Source of the DNA: a virus
Strand: one strand, 5' to 3'
IMG/VR virus record: IMGVR_UViG_3300028833_000003
Length of the DNA: 64,000 nt
The first letter of the stretch is position 1. Every line of letters begins with the position of its first letter. This document shows, in pieces, positions 26,425-41,194 of the stretch. The position numbers were made by a program, and so were the translations under genes. Below the pieces are notes generated by a model, which did no database searches, was not told the DNA's origin, and saw only the letters and a list, made by a program, of their open reading frames with translations.

Positions 26425-28809
26425 TCACAAAATATCATCAGTTACTCGTGTAGCCTAAATCGACATTAAACCATCATGAGTAAAACTATAATTAAATGAT
26501 TTAATTAAATATTCACCATAAATTTTAGTTTTTTCATCTTTCACAATTATTTTTGTATTAGGCTCTAAATAATATACTGGTACACACTATAAATTGATTG
26601 TTTCTTGATAAAAAGTATGTTGATATAATAATCCTTCTAATGTATCAACACAACTCTTCCCTCTTGTGCTAGTACGTAGTAAATTTTTAGCCCAATCTGG
26701 AATACGCAAAATGACATAATTAATAGTATCGTCAGTAGTGGTATAATTCTATATTAAATCTTCTGTATCAGTATCTTTAATATCTTCAAAAATAACATTT
26801 GGTACAGAATGATATGAAATTGCACGTACCTTATCATCGGTCAGCATTTGCTAACGATGACCAATAACAGAACATTTAAATTTCTACATATCAGGATTGT
26901 CTTCCATAAAATCAAACCAAAATAATAAATTCTATGGATTAACTAATTTAACATATTCTTTACCATTAACTTGACCATACGTAAAAGCATTCGGATTCCA
27001 TTTACCATTATTTATCCAGTTATTATATTCTGCCTAAGCATTTTCATATGCACTATAAGCGTTTTGATATTTTTTATCACTAGGATTTGGTGGCAATATA
27101 TCTACATTATGTACTAAAGGCCAAAAAGCCAATACATCAGCATAATAGTCTTTATAACCAGTAGTATCTGTTGCTTCCCATCTTTCAACTTCTTTTCTAC
27201 CAATAGACCATAATGCAGAACCAGCATTATTATTTGCCAATTTAGTAATTGTTGATTCTTTAACATGACTATCTTTCTATTGACGATCATAAGCCATAAA
27301 ATAAATTAAATCACGCCAATCATAAGGCGTCTATACAACCTATTCTGTAATAGGTATCGCGCAAGGATCATGTGGGTCCGCAGCAATACGATCAAAATAT
27401 TCCTAAGTACAATACCATTTTAAGTCTTCAATAATACCTGCTGTCGTGGGTTTTACTAAACGAAAATATTTTAATGGCTTATCATCAATAGCATAACGCA
27501 TATGAATTTTTCTTGTGCTATAAGAAGTAGTCTATTCTCCCCAAATAGAAAAATCATTTTTAATATTATCTAACTTAGGTGTATTCTAAAAACTACTAAT
27601 TAAATTTGCAGAAGTAAATTGATAAGAATACTTACTTACATCCGCTGCGCTAGCATAATAACGCTCTTTCCGCGCTTCACCTGTATTAGTAACTACTTCA
27701 TTAGTAAAAGCAATATTACTATATACTAATTTGCGGCGAAACCGAAAACGACCATATACATCATAAAAATATTCAAACTCACCGAGCATTTTTACAATCA
27801 TATCTAGTGCTTTTGTTACTGGGTCACCAACAGATAAAGTTAAATCACCAGCATATGTTAAATCTGTCGGACGATAACCAATGGTTTCACCATATTCAGC
27901 ACCAACTTCAAAATGATAACCAATATGATTATGAATAAAATTACCAGTTAAACTTTCATGATATTTCATCCAAACTAATTTTTCTTCTAGCTTTTGACAT
28001 TGCGTAAATGGAATTGTTTTTGCATACGCATATTTTTCATCATCAATCAACATCATTTGTGTTGTTTCACTTGATAAATCAAACATATTGTTGCCGTCTA
28101 ATAACTCACCATACTCAACCGTTGAAGTAGTATTTAAAGTATAAATATTAAATACATAAACATTCACATTTTTTGAGTTATTATCTAATAATTCAACAGC
28201 TACATCATCTACGTCTTCAATGATTATGTTACTATAAGGCTCACCTGCATAATCATGTGCAATACCTTTAACGATAGTACGTATATCTTCTTTTTCTTCT
28301 CCTTTATACATACCACCTTCATAGATATAAGTAGTGCCAAAATCATGTGCAGCAAAAACTTTCCCGCCAACAGTTCCATCTAATAAACACATTTTATCTT
28401 TGCCAGTAATATTAATCGTATATGTTTTATCATTTAATGTATGAGCAAAATTGGTAATTACAAATGTGCCTTGCGGGAACCAAATAATATCAGGATATTT
28501 ATCGTTAATAAAATTCTATAGTCCTATATAACATTTAAATTTTGTTTGTAATGTCCAATCAATTTCAGTGAAATTAATTTTATCATATTCACAAGTTAAT
28601 TGAATTTGACAAGTGCGTCGCATTGCACTTTCACCTGTGACGTTAATAGAACCGCTAACTACCTATCCTTCTAAAATACCTTTCGCTCGTTCATCAAAAG
28701 TTAATGCAATTAATCGACAATAAATAACTCGTACTGGATATTCGTCTAACTATTTCAAAAACGTTTTATCCAATAGATACATAGAAGGATCATTTAATGC
28801 TGCTGTCAT
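26425..28809 (-). CDS. baseplate/hub-like structural protein (794 codons)
   Basis: ATG at 28809 follows TAGGAGGAA. The frame was checked open with about 16 TAG. The stop is TGA at 26425 followed by TAA. The N-terminal motif GSINVTGESAMRRTCQIQLT...IIWFPQGTFVI...GKDKMCLLDG recalls baseplate proteins of Firmicutes phages. Confidence 0.7.
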
Positions 28810-31616
28810 AATGAGGTTCCTCCTATATTTTTACGTGTCGGTTTTTTCCCGCTATCTGCATAAGTTACACCAGTTGTATAAGCATGATTATTTAATATCA
28901 AAGTTTCATCTGCTAAAGAATTGTCTTTATACGCATCAATATTATAAATATCAATATCTGATAAAGCAGATGTTATATTGCCCCAAATTGCTTTCAAGGC
29001 TTTAGAATAATCATATAAAGCACGATTATATGTAATAATTAATTCATTGTAGTGCGTAACCCACTGATACTGTAAAGCATGCAAACTTTCATCGGTATTC
29101 TCCCAACTTTGTGGAGAATGAATAAAAGTTTGTAATTCTCGTTTTGCGCGAATATAATTATCATAGTAATGTTGAGTATCATCTCTATGAGTTTGGTAAA
29201 TTGCTTCTTGTGTTTGACAAGAAATTTCTACCAAAACACCATTACCAGCAGTAATTTTCGTTGGAATTGATTTAAACTATGTAAATAACTAAGTCCCTCT
29301 TAAAGAATCTAAATTTAAATTAATTACACTGCCATCTTCAAACTAAAGCTAAGCGGTATAATCAATATGGGAACCTGCGCCATATCCATAATAATAATAC
29401 GTATTTTCATTTTCTTTATCTGGACCTTTTGTCACAAAAATGTGTGGATCCATTGTGGTTCCTACACTATCTAATACAAAATAAGGTATTAATATATCGC
29501 CTCGATAATATACTCCATCATGATACTATAATGTAGTATTATCTTTAATATATTCAGTTGCCTAAACTGACTAACCTGTAAAACGTGAAAATTTTAATTT
29601 ATATAAACGTGAAATTGGCAACATGCAATCCAATAAATTGACTTGTGGCCCTAAGCCCCAACGTTGAATACAAAGTTCTTCTACTGGGTTACAATAATTT
29701 ACGGTATTAAAATCAGATTTTGTAATTGCGCCTACCGTTACTACTCCATTATATAAAGTATCGTAAATGGAAGCTGGCTCCTAAACACGTCCAATAGTAA
29801 TCTCTTTAATTAAAGACCCTGTTGGTAATGTTAAAGCATAATACCCAGTTGCGCCAATAGTAATATGTCGATAATCAGTAGTTATACCATCTACCCCAAC
29901 GATACGTAAATTAAACATAGTGCCAGGAACACAATTTTCAATTTTTAAAGAGCCAACACCCTCATATACATTTAAACTTGGTGTTTCTACATTTTGATTT
30001 TTAAATACGTCAGTTAATGAAATAGTATAATATGTAAATGTTTGATGTACCGCGGCACTAGTAGAAGTACCATCATAAGGTGCTTTATATAACCCAAATT
30101 TAATTAAATCATTTAAATCATCAGCATTACCGCATTCACTAGCTTGTGACTAAAACGTATGTAGCATACGTGAAACACTATCATTAGGTGTTAATGAACT
30201 ATTCATTAGATATACAATATAATTGCCTTCACCTGGGCTTTTTAATAATTTTGGTTTGCCATTACTTAACCACTATAAAGCTGTCATATTAAAGCGTCGT
30301 TCAAGTGTAAGATTTTCATCTGTAATATCTGTTTCATCTTCATGATTACCATAGCCTAGTTCTTCTCTTGAATAAAAATAGCCATCTCTATCCATGAGAT
30401 AACTTAATAAACCAGATAGCTAAAATTCTTTATAATCTACAACGCCATTTCTAAAATATTTTGGATATTTAGAACCTATTGTATTTTTTTTCGATTCATT
30501 CAAAGTGCGTTTAAATGCAGTAACTTTAGGATTAAAACGTATATCTAATTGACGTTCTCCATCCCATAAAAATAAATCTTCAAAATATGCAGTTACATCA
30601 TTTGAAATAGTACGACGTGAGTAAAGACCACGACTATTATACTGTCGCACTGAATAACGATATGTTACACCATGTTCTACCATAAAATCAGTATAAAAAT
30701 ACTAACCAGTAACCATATCTTCTGTTAAAGAAAAATTAAATAATTTGGTCCAACTACCAAAATTATCTTTTGAACTAGAACGTGAAAATTCATATCGTCC
30801 AGCATTTGTGTCAAAAATAGCATTATATTTAATTTTGATAAGACCATTGTCATAATCTAAAACTGCTTTTAAAGGTGCGCGAGTATCACTTGGCAATCCT
30901 GTCCCGGCAATAATAGTATACCAAGGAGAAGATATTTCCTAGAATGAATTAGTCTATACTACATAACGTAAAAGATAGTATTCATCAACAATTAAAATTT
31001 TACCAAGAGACCAATGATCTTCACTACGCCCAGCTTCTGTATCGCCATATTCAGCATGAGGCTACCATCCACTAGATTCTATTAATTCATATGATGATGA
31101 ATATAAATCAAATTTATATTGATAAACAACTTCCGTGGTATCACTATTTAAATATTCACCAGTAAATTCTTGGAAGTCATAATTATTACCAAAAGAATCT
31201 AAACCAACTATATTGACAGTAATATCATTTGTACATTTAACAATAGCAACAGTCGAATAATATCCACAAGCGTTATCTTTATCTATAAAAGCAATTTGTA
31301 TTTTATATGATTGGCCTATTGATAATCTCTGTCGCCAAGGTAATAAAGAAAATACTGCAACTAATGAATCTTCCGCGGTACTTGTACTAGTAATTGGATA
31401 TATGTTTGGCGCTTCAGTATTAACATTTAAATCTACTTCACATAAAATGGTATCAGTATTTGTTGTACGTAATCTCATACGCAAACCTGTTACTTGTGAT
31501 GCCGCAACCGCACGATTCATTGAAAAAGGGACCCTTAATAAGGGTCCCTTTGAATAAATCATTGAAGGTAAAGTACCAGCTATAACAGGCGGATAAAGCT
31601 TTGTTGTAGCCGGCAT
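28806..31616 (-). CDS. baseplate structural protein (936 codons)
   Basis: ATG at 31616 follows GAGGAGGAG. ORFs 31062.., 30702.., 30420.. and 28806..29234 are joined in one checked frame by about 15 TAG. TGA at 28806 overlaps the next ATG (ATGA). Confidence 0.75.
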
Positions 31617-31619
31617 CGC

Positions 31620-32009
31620 TTACTCCTCCTCATCAATTATCAATTCTAAACCTGCAACCTGTTTAGGTGTAAATTCAAATTTTTCAAAGTCCTCAGCTTT
31701 AAGTTTCTTCAAATCTACATCTACTGTAAAATCATTTAAAGCTTTTCTGGCTTCTTGACATTCTTCAATCATGTCCTCTTTAATTTTGAAAACTCCAGGC
31801 GCAGATTCAACAAATTGCTGCGTCTCAGGATCAATCTCTAAATACTTCATTGCAAATTCACGTTCTTGTTCAGTGAAAAATTCATTTTCCTTTTCTAATA
31901 GTTTAATATTCTTAGCAAATACTAAACTAATCTTAAAAGGTAATTTCATCTCTTGCAATTCACGTAAAGTATTAAGTAAATCCATTGTTTGAATACTATT
32001 TAAAGTCAT
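31620..32009 (-). CDS. hypothetical small acidic protein
   Basis: ATG at 32009 follows TAGGAGGAAAAGG. 129 codons with no TAG. TAA at 31620 overlaps the SD of the next gene. Confidence 0.75.
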   Translation of the reverse strand: MTLNSIQTMDLLNTLRELQEMKLPFKISLVFAKNIKLLEKENEFFTEQEREFAMKYLEIDPETQQFVESAPGVFKIKEDMIEECQEARKALNDFTVDVDLKKLKAEDFEKFEFTPKQVAGLELIIDEEE

Positions 32010-32039
32010 ATCCTTTTCCTCCTAAAAGTAGTTATAATA

Positions 32040-35000
32040 TTAACCTGCTGCTTCTGCTATACCATTAATTGAACCATTACATGTTCCATGTTCTGGGACA
32101 GAAACTGAACATGCACCACTAACATGATGCGCATGTGATTTATTTGCTTTGTTACTAATATCGCTTTCAGTTTTAGTAACTCGTGTTTCAAGCGATGTTA
32201 CACCTGATTTTATTTCTTGTGCAGTTTGAGCCGCGCTGTCTGCGGTTGATTTACTATCTTGCATCATGCTCCAGATGTCATTTTTAGTATGCTCTCCATC
32301 AAATGATAAACCTTTGCCTATAATTTCATTTAATCCCTCTGGACCACCGGCAAGTGCCTAAATGACTTTTGTTAGATTACCCATACTACCATTTATTTTA
32401 CTTGCCAATGATGAAATTTGTCCCGCTAAATCAGCCAATTTTTGATTAACATAATTTAATGATGCATAAATGCCATCTGGTCCATAACAACCTAAACCAG
32501 CATAAACTTTCTAAGTAGCATTAACCCACTATGCTGCTAAATTCCACTTATATAATAAACCATAAATTTCAGTTGAATAATTAATTAAATTACTAGTTGG
32601 TGTTAAAATGATATGCTATTTACGAGTTTCTTCACTATCACTCGCTGTTTCAGCATAAGAAATAACATTACCTTCATTATCGACATATTCTTTCCATCCT
32701 GCTACGGCAGAAAAACCTAAATATTGATGGTCATGAGAAAGATTATGCGCTTTCATATATGAATTGTCAGTATTTAAAATAAAACGTAATTCAGAACCAT
32801 ATAATACATAATTACCAGAAACAATCTTATCAGCATCAGTTAAAGTTATTTCAACACCTTCCGCGGTCGTACCAAGCCCTTGCTCTGTATCCCATGTTGT
32901 TGGTAACTATGTGCGACCTAAAATTGCCATTAATACATCATTCTCAGAATAATCATATGTATGACTATCAAAACCATTACCTACTTGCTAACGAATTAAA
33001 CCAGCTGTAACTTTTGTAGTTCCACTACTATCTGAGGAATATGTCGTACCACTGTAACTACTTGGACCCAACGTTACTGCGCTTTTTTGATTCCATGTAA
33101 TATATTCAAATGGTCCGCTATAGTCCTGACTTGAAATTTTAAATCCGACCAATTCAATTTCACCATTATCATCATATACACCAATAGATACTCTATTTTG
33201 TTTACCATCTAATACCACATTATTATGATAAAGATTAATAGTACCAGATTGACCATTTAATTCAATAGCAGGATAATAATTCGTATCATAAATAGTTTCG
33301 CCCCATTCATCTTTTGCAGGCACCATTACTGGCTAATCATTTTCATCTACCATAGGCTGATTATTATCATCAACAGCCTATACCATATGCACTTCACGTT
33401 TCATACATTCGCCTAAACGAATTGTACCTTTTGTACCGTCAATTGCTATGTTATATCCACCGGTCTATACATAAGTCGGTCCATTAACATGTGGTTCAAT
33501 ATCAACGACATACGACTCTAATAAACCATTATGATAATACTCAAGAGGAATTTGTGTAGCATATACAATGTGTCCAGTTTCAGCATGTATCTCATATGGA
33601 ATATCTGGTAAATCAATACGCCGAAGCATACGATCGGCATAATGAAGAGTTGGATCATAATAAAATCCCATACGCGCAAATGTATTTTCTGCTCCACCAG
33701 CACCACTTTCTAACAAAATAGATTTATTAAGTAAAGCAAAATAAGGGTATTTAACGCCTGCGCTGCCGTTAATCATGCCTACATCTAATTCTGCAACAAA
33801 TGAATTAGATTCTGTACGAATATATTGTCCTAAAGAATTCTTTTTACGACGACCAGTTTCATCATAAACATAATCCTACAATCTTATTGTACTGTATAAT
33901 TTTGTATCTGTAAAACCCCAGCCACCAATAGTACCACTTTCAGCATATAAATCACCGTTATAATCTACACTAAAAGTGCCTCGATTCTATTTAGACATTG
34001 GTTGTCCTGCTGGACCACTCCAAATATAATAATTACCTACATCATCTGCATTATTTAAACTACTACTTGAATTTAAAGAAGCATAAACTAAATCAATTTC
34101 TTTTTCATGTTCTTTTAAATTGATAATTTCTCCATTATTTATATAAATAAACTTATATCTGTATTGCTCAATATAACCATCAGTATATAATATTTTATGT
34201 AAAGGAATCATTGTATTTAAATAATAGAAAATATTTGTTAAATTTTCTGGCTAGACCCATCTGCCTTCTTCTACTTGTACTTGCGCAACATCATCTCTAA
34301 ATAGTAGATAATTAGATTTTATTTCACCCTCAGCCTAGTGTGTTGCAATGGCAGGGAAGAAATGCTCTAATAATGTTGGTATTTCAGGATATTCATTTCG
34401 TAATATAATTAATAAATATTTATGAACATACTATAAAATTGACTCATATGTAATACCAATCTAAATACCACTAGTTAAAACTTGCGTCGTAGATCCATCT
34501 TGTAATGTAATAGAAGAAGTTAATAATTTATTAATTTCTGTTAATAAACTATGATCCTCACAAATCATGCCAAATTTACTTAAATTATCAGGCGCTAAAT
34601 AGATTTCTTTAATAAGATATAAATATAATTCTTCGGCAAATTCTCTATTAGTAGAAGTCTTATTTCCAACTCCTAGATATATTTTACTATTATTTTTTTT
34701 CTTTGTCAAGCCTGCGTCAGTAATCTACCAGCCGCCGATATCACCCCAACCAGCACGAATACCGCCGCTCATAAATACACCACGATGTGGATCAACAGCG
34801 AATACATCTTTAGTTTCTGCTATTGACAATAAATCATTCCAATTTACATTCGCTGCATTTATGTCGCTCTTTTCACTTTCAGTGTATAAAAAATAAGGGC
34901 TATATCCTTTTGATTTAATATCATATAAATTATCAGTAATTATATCAGTCTTTTTAGGATTTAAATTAATATAAGACGTCATGTTAGCGTTGCTAATAAT

Positions 35001-38000
35001 GCCAGCATGCTTATTAATATAAATACGTCCTGCGCCAGCAGCACCAAAAAATGCTTCACCGCTAGTTAATAATCCATATGTTTGTGCGCCAGCCTTAAAA
35101 CCATAAATACCAGGAGTATCAATACTACCATCGTTAATATCACTAGACCAATCACCCATCAACATACCAGTAAAGGCATTATTTGAATCTTTAGAGCCAA
35201 CGACAATACGTTTAGACAAAGATGTATTGTTATTATTATCAATGGTAATTTCTGTACCGCCCCAAGCATTTACTAATGAAGAACAATAAACTTGCCGTTC
35301 AAATACAATTGCTTGAGTAACCCAAGTACCATCACGCAATTTTACACTTAAATAAGCGTGTGCATCTCGTAATTTGTCTTCCCACTAAGTATTTTCACCA
35401 TCTACTAATAATAAAGAATAGGTAGTGCCCAATTCAGAATCATTAGCTTTAATGCGAATCCAATTATCTACATTTAAAGCATTCTCATAACTGCCAGTAT
35501 CTAAATTTATAAAATAATTAGTACCGATATTATTTACGATCATACCAACGCTTGTATTTAAAGCATCTGCAATACTATCTGCATCGCGATATTTGAAAGT
35601 TAAAGACCATACTGGAGCCATATCTAAAGTGACAGGAATATAACCTGTTTTCAATGATGCTTGATATTCATCAACAATTGCTTCTTTTACTTCACACTCA
35701 TGATCAATCAATGCACGTTGTTCAGTTACATAATTAAATCTTTGATCATTTTCTTCTGGTATTAACTCCGCATTTGCATCAATAACAGCATAACGCTAAC
35801 GCCGCCATGTCCAATTTGCATATTCTAAAGATGGATCAAATTCAGTGGCATATTCTGCGTCAGGCAAACGAATTGCTCTACGCAATTCAATTAAATTAGT
35901 AATAAACCCACGTGCATCATAAATAATTTGCTTACCAATAGATGCCGCCATCTCTTCTATATTAATATAAATATATCTATTATTATGATCTACAACTTCA
36001 AATGCACTTTTATCATAAGCTGGATTTGTACCAGATGAATTAAAAGCGATACGATTTGGACAAGAAATACTATAACTATTCACCTATAAATTATCTAATG
36101 CATCTACTGCTTTCCATACCTAAAATGGTACAGAATAATATAAGCTATAATTTTCTAATCCATCAACTCGCAATGTAATAATAGGCGGTACAATTGGCTA
36201 ATCTACTGTAAAGAAGTCCATTGATAATGGCTAAATATATAAAACACCAGAAGCATCAATATTAATCATATAATAATTGTCTTCTGTATTAGCATTTAAA
36301 CCAGAATTTAAATACCAATAAATCTAACACTTTGCACGTTCTTCATCAGATAGCGGTAATCCATTTTTCTTTCTGATATTAGCAATTAAATCATAATAAT
36401 AAGTACCTAACGAATCTTCTGCAGTGCCTTCTAAAGTAATCATATGATATTTATCTAATTTTAAAATTGGCGCATTAGTTAATTCATTACTATGATCTCT
36501 TACCATAATAGAGATATTATAATTACTACCCATCGTACTGGCATTACCAAAATGGAATTCGCGTTCGGCTATATAATTAACATTCCCATAATTGATATTT
36601 AATGCTAATCTATCTATTGGTCGCGCACTACTTAAAGAATACGAATCTTTAATTCTAAACTCTAATACAAATACTGTAGTTTCAGGCGCAAAATGAAATC
36701 CAAAACGTTCATTCACTTGCTCAGTAGTCATACGATGTAAATAATTAAACATCGTTGGTGAATCAGGATTAACTTCATTCGCAGTAATATCCATATTCCA
36801 ACTGATTGCATACGCTGCCGTTAAGTCATCAGCAATTTGCTAACGTACTGATGCAGTTAATTGTGTAATTAATTCTTCTTTCCCCAATGTAGCATAAGCA
36901 TCATCAAATGAAGTAATATTTAAATAAGCAGCTATAACTTTTTTATCCCAATCGTTTAAATAGCCTTGTGCTACTTCATCTGTTATTGTTGGATCATATG
37001 CTTTTAATTTTTCTAAGTAACTTGATTCTGTTGCAATTGCTTCACGAATAGGCTAATTATATTGTACAATACTATAATTAGCTTCTTCTTCAGAATCATC
37101 AGACCGCATCATCAAAAACGCATAATATGTAACGCTGTCATATGGGATTCCATCTGGATTTTCTATTGCGTGCCCGCGTTCATCAAAAACAAAAAATTCA
37201 GATATACTATCATCAGCTATAAATGATCCACCAAATAAATTTTCTGATGGTACTTTTTCATTTAAACTTTCGTATCGTGGTCTTACTAATTGTACTTTAA
37301 ATTTAGAATTTATGTCAGAAAATTGTTCTACTAAGTAATCAGTAGATTGATTTGTAAAAGTAACTTCATTACTAGTAATAAAAGTATTATCATATGAAGC
37401 AATCGCTTTAAATGTTTGTTTTGATTTTTTAGGATTTAAATCGACTTCTGCCAATGTAAATAATTCTTCTGGTTCATCTAATACATATTTAGCTGGTTCA
37501 TTAGTTTGTTCTTCAACAGTATAAATTTCTGATAAATACTAAAATTCTACTGCATTTAATGGTATAGCAGTATTACGATCTGCAGTGAATGGTAATGTAT
37601 CGCTTTCAATTAATACTAATTCATTACTATCGTTTCGTGTTACTAATTGATAATCAACTAAATTAATCCAATAGCCGTAAGGGTTATTGTTATCCAATTT
37701 ATCAGCAAAGTCTTGTATCTCTACTGCATTACCAAAATTTAACGTCCAACCTGCTATTTCATCATTCCAAGGCTATAAAATAGTCGGCGCATTACCAGTT
37801 CCGCCAGAAGTCAATGGTATATAATAATAAGCACCTACTTTTGGTTGTACAGAATGATCAAAACCATACATATTAGTTAATGTATAAATCATTGAATCAA
37901 ACTTCCAATAAGTAGGTAAATAACCAGGAGCTTCCACCGTAGAATCGTCACATTCAAAAATTGTCTGACCTAATTTAAATTGATATAATGGATGCAATAC

Positions 38001-38984
38001 CCAAGCATCAATATCTTTTACTGGATCAACTATATGCTCCTATCGTTCTATATGGCCAATATACTATACAACTGGCGCCCATTTTTCATTATCATTAATT
38101 AAAATTGATTTTAATTGTGCATAAGTCACAACTTTTGTAGCAGTTTTATCAATACTACCATCAGGTCGTATCGTATCATTTAATGGTTCCCATCCTAACC
38201 CAGCCTATTTATCAATAGTGCCGGTATAATCGGTATTTTTTCTGAACCATTTAATTTTATAACGCTAATTTAATAAATCTTTATATTGATTAATTAAATT
38301 ATATAAATCTTCCTACTACTAAATAGTTGTAATATCATCAAATAAATTCTCTGGATCATATAACATCTAATTAAAAATGTCTTTAAAAGCATTGCCATCC
38401 GCCCAATCTTCTTCAGTCATATCATCAAATAAAGTTAAACCATATTGATTATATAGGGCTTCCATACGATTATATAAATAAGTTAAATAATTCTTATTAA
38501 CTAAAATGCGCTCAGTGCGCTAAACTGCTTGAGCTTCTATTAATAATGCTTCTTCCATCATACGAGTTAGCTCTTGCAATTCATATGTTATTGCTTCTAA
38601 GCGAGCGATATAAGCTGCTAATTGTTCATTTGCATCTTCAATTTCTTCTTCTACATCTTGTCGTATTGCAGTAATGAAATCATTAAGCATTTGCGTACAA
38701 TTCTTTTTAAATTCTTCTTCTATATAAGTATATACATCTTTATCCTGTTGTTTAGCTTCTTCTTCTAAAACTTCACGCTCTTTGCCTTTTGTTCTATCAT
38801 AAATAACATATGCAGCATAACGAGCCGCTTGCTCTTTTGCTTCACGTATTGCACGATCGCGCGCCAAAGCCTAAGCAGACAATGACACTGACGAATAAAT
38901 AGTTTTTGCAGTTTTTTCAAAAGCGGTAGTATTAATACTTAAACCACCGCCACCAGCTTCTAACGGTACAGTAACAAAACTCAA
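32040..38984 (-). CDS. giant baseplate/tail-associated structural protein (about 2,314 codons)
   Basis: Start is TTG 38984 (4 nt after GGGGTGAG) or GTG 38993, which overlaps the upstream TGA. Sixteen listed ORF fragments (38520..38867 through 32040..32267) lie in one frame. The frame was checked free of TAA/TGA, with about 38 TAG. TAA at 32040. Motifs such as GIYGFKAGAQTYGLLTSGEAFFGAAGAGRIYIN recall Firmicutes phage minor structural/Tal-like proteins. Confidence 0.75.
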
Positions 38985-38989
38985 TAATC

Positions 38990-41179
38990 TCACCCCAATC
39001 TAGAGATGTCCCAAGACAACTTAATTTTTGCAGGTTGCCAAGCACTAAAAGTAAAATGTCGTTCTTCTTTTATTGGTTTTTGCATATACTCTGCTGCTTT
39101 TTGTCGTACTAATTCAGCAGCCAACTATTCTTGCATTTTACCATACTAATAAAAATCACGTGAGGTCGGTTTTTTTACTGTTGTCGTTGTAGTTTCATTC
39201 CCATCTGGATCAGTAGTAGTAACGGTAGTTGTGCTTTGTTGTTGCAATTTTTTTTCTTGTAATGCTATCTAATAATAGCAATATAATATCTATCGAATTA
39301 AAGTATTTACTAAAGAATCGCCTGTTCCAGTAATCATATAACCAGAAGCTACTGATGCGTGCTCTGCATCTTTGATAATTGATTTTCCTGGACATAAAGC
39401 ATATAATCTTAAAAAATGTAAATGCGCCGTACTATCAGGGTTAATTACCATATTAGGAGAAGTTTCATAAGAGCGCATTAAATAAGGATTTGCAATTTTA
39501 TTACAAAAAACATCATCAGTAGCAAACATGTCTTCTGTAAAAATAATTTCGTCTTCAAACTACATTAATTCATTAACAACCGCAGTGGATAAAATATCTA
39601 AATTATATTTTAATAATAAAGGATTATTAGTCTAATCAATCATAATTAACTGTTGTAATTTATCACTTAATTTTGAACGAGCTTCATCAATTTCTCTTTG
39701 TGTATATAATGTGATATTATTTAATACACTTAAATCAGCAATTGAGTCAATAGTTGCTAACTAATTTTCTAAGCTCGCTAATTTAGCATTTAAAGCATCA
39801 ACCGCAACAGTTATATTGTCTTGCTCTTCTGTTAATTCATTTTGTCTTGCGGTAATTTTTTCACGTTCTAACTAAATTGCTCTACGTTCATAAATAAGCC
39901 ATCTATTTACAACGTCAATAATAACTTTTTGTTTATTCGCGCGCGTAGCATCAAATGGAGTATTATATAACTCACGATAGCCTTCAATTAAAGCACTTAA
40001 ATCTTTTTCATCATCACGGCTATAAAATAATGCACGTTCAGTTGGCTATAATTCAATTAATGTTTGCGTTTCAGCATCCATCTCCCAAGAAGGGTAAATA
40101 TAAATACCGTTATTTACATCTGCTTTTACCCAAATAGCTTTTAAGTTACGAGTTTCAACTTGGTCTCTTAATTCTGCCCCACCTAAGCCATATTCAAGAG
40201 GTTCTTCAGTATATAAAATTAATTTTCCTTCTGCTAATTCCTAAACTGCAAAACCTAAACCTAAATATGGATTATGTAATGCTAATGTCTCTGGTACCGC
40301 AGCCTCGCAGCCTTCAATTAAGTCATCATAAGATTCATTACTTCTGACATATAAAATTGTTTCATCTACTCCAGGTAAAGCATATTTATATTCTACTGTC
40401 ATATTGCCTTCGGCAGACCATCCAGGAATTAAATTATTTGCTAAATCATAACTATCAAAATTCTAAAAAACAAATAATGTAATTTTACTAATTGAAATAT
40501 AGTCTTCAATATTTAATAATTTCTATTGAGAGTATGGAATAGTATAAGCATAACTATTACCAATAAATTCCGCATTTGTAAATTCGTCATCAAAAATAAT
40601 ATTATTTTCTTCATTAATAATGCCATATTCATTAGAACCGGTATCAATCAAATGAGCATCTAATTTACGCCATAAATCATCATAATGAATATCTAAACGA
40701 GTTAAAGCTAACTATTTATTATATTCATCATTGGCATATTGTTCTGTAATCGCCGCAACGTCAGCCGCATATTGTGCTTCTAATGCAGCTTTACGTTTAT
40801 TATATTCATCCGCAGTGTAAGTGCTTGTAGAAGATTCTTCATCAGTTGTTTTTTTAACGCCTTCGACCACAATTTTTACACCATAAGTACCTTTTAATCC
40901 AGGATATTGATTTAAGAATGATTCTACATCTATCTATAAACCAGCTTTAGTAAAACCTTCTATTGTTGCCGCGCCATTAGCAGGAACAAAAGAACATAAT
41001 TTAGTAAATAATTTACTGTAATGACCAGTTAAAACATCATAAAATTTTCTATTAGCCCAAAATTTATATGATACTTCTGGTCCGCCGCAAATAGGTGTTA
41101 TACGATATTCATTATAAATCTATTCTAAAGTACGTGTTTTTGCATATTTGGCTTTAAATTGTAGCCAAGCCTAAATGAT
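38990..41179 (-). CDS. hypothetical baseplate protein, up to 729 codons (start unresolved)
   Basis: It uses the same frame as the previous gene. That frame reopens below TAA 41180 and was checked free of TAA/TGA to TGA 38990, with about 15 TAG. It has no ATG near its 5' end. See the finding on 41098-41260. Confidence 0.6.
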
Positions 41180-41194
41180 ATTATCACGTACTTC

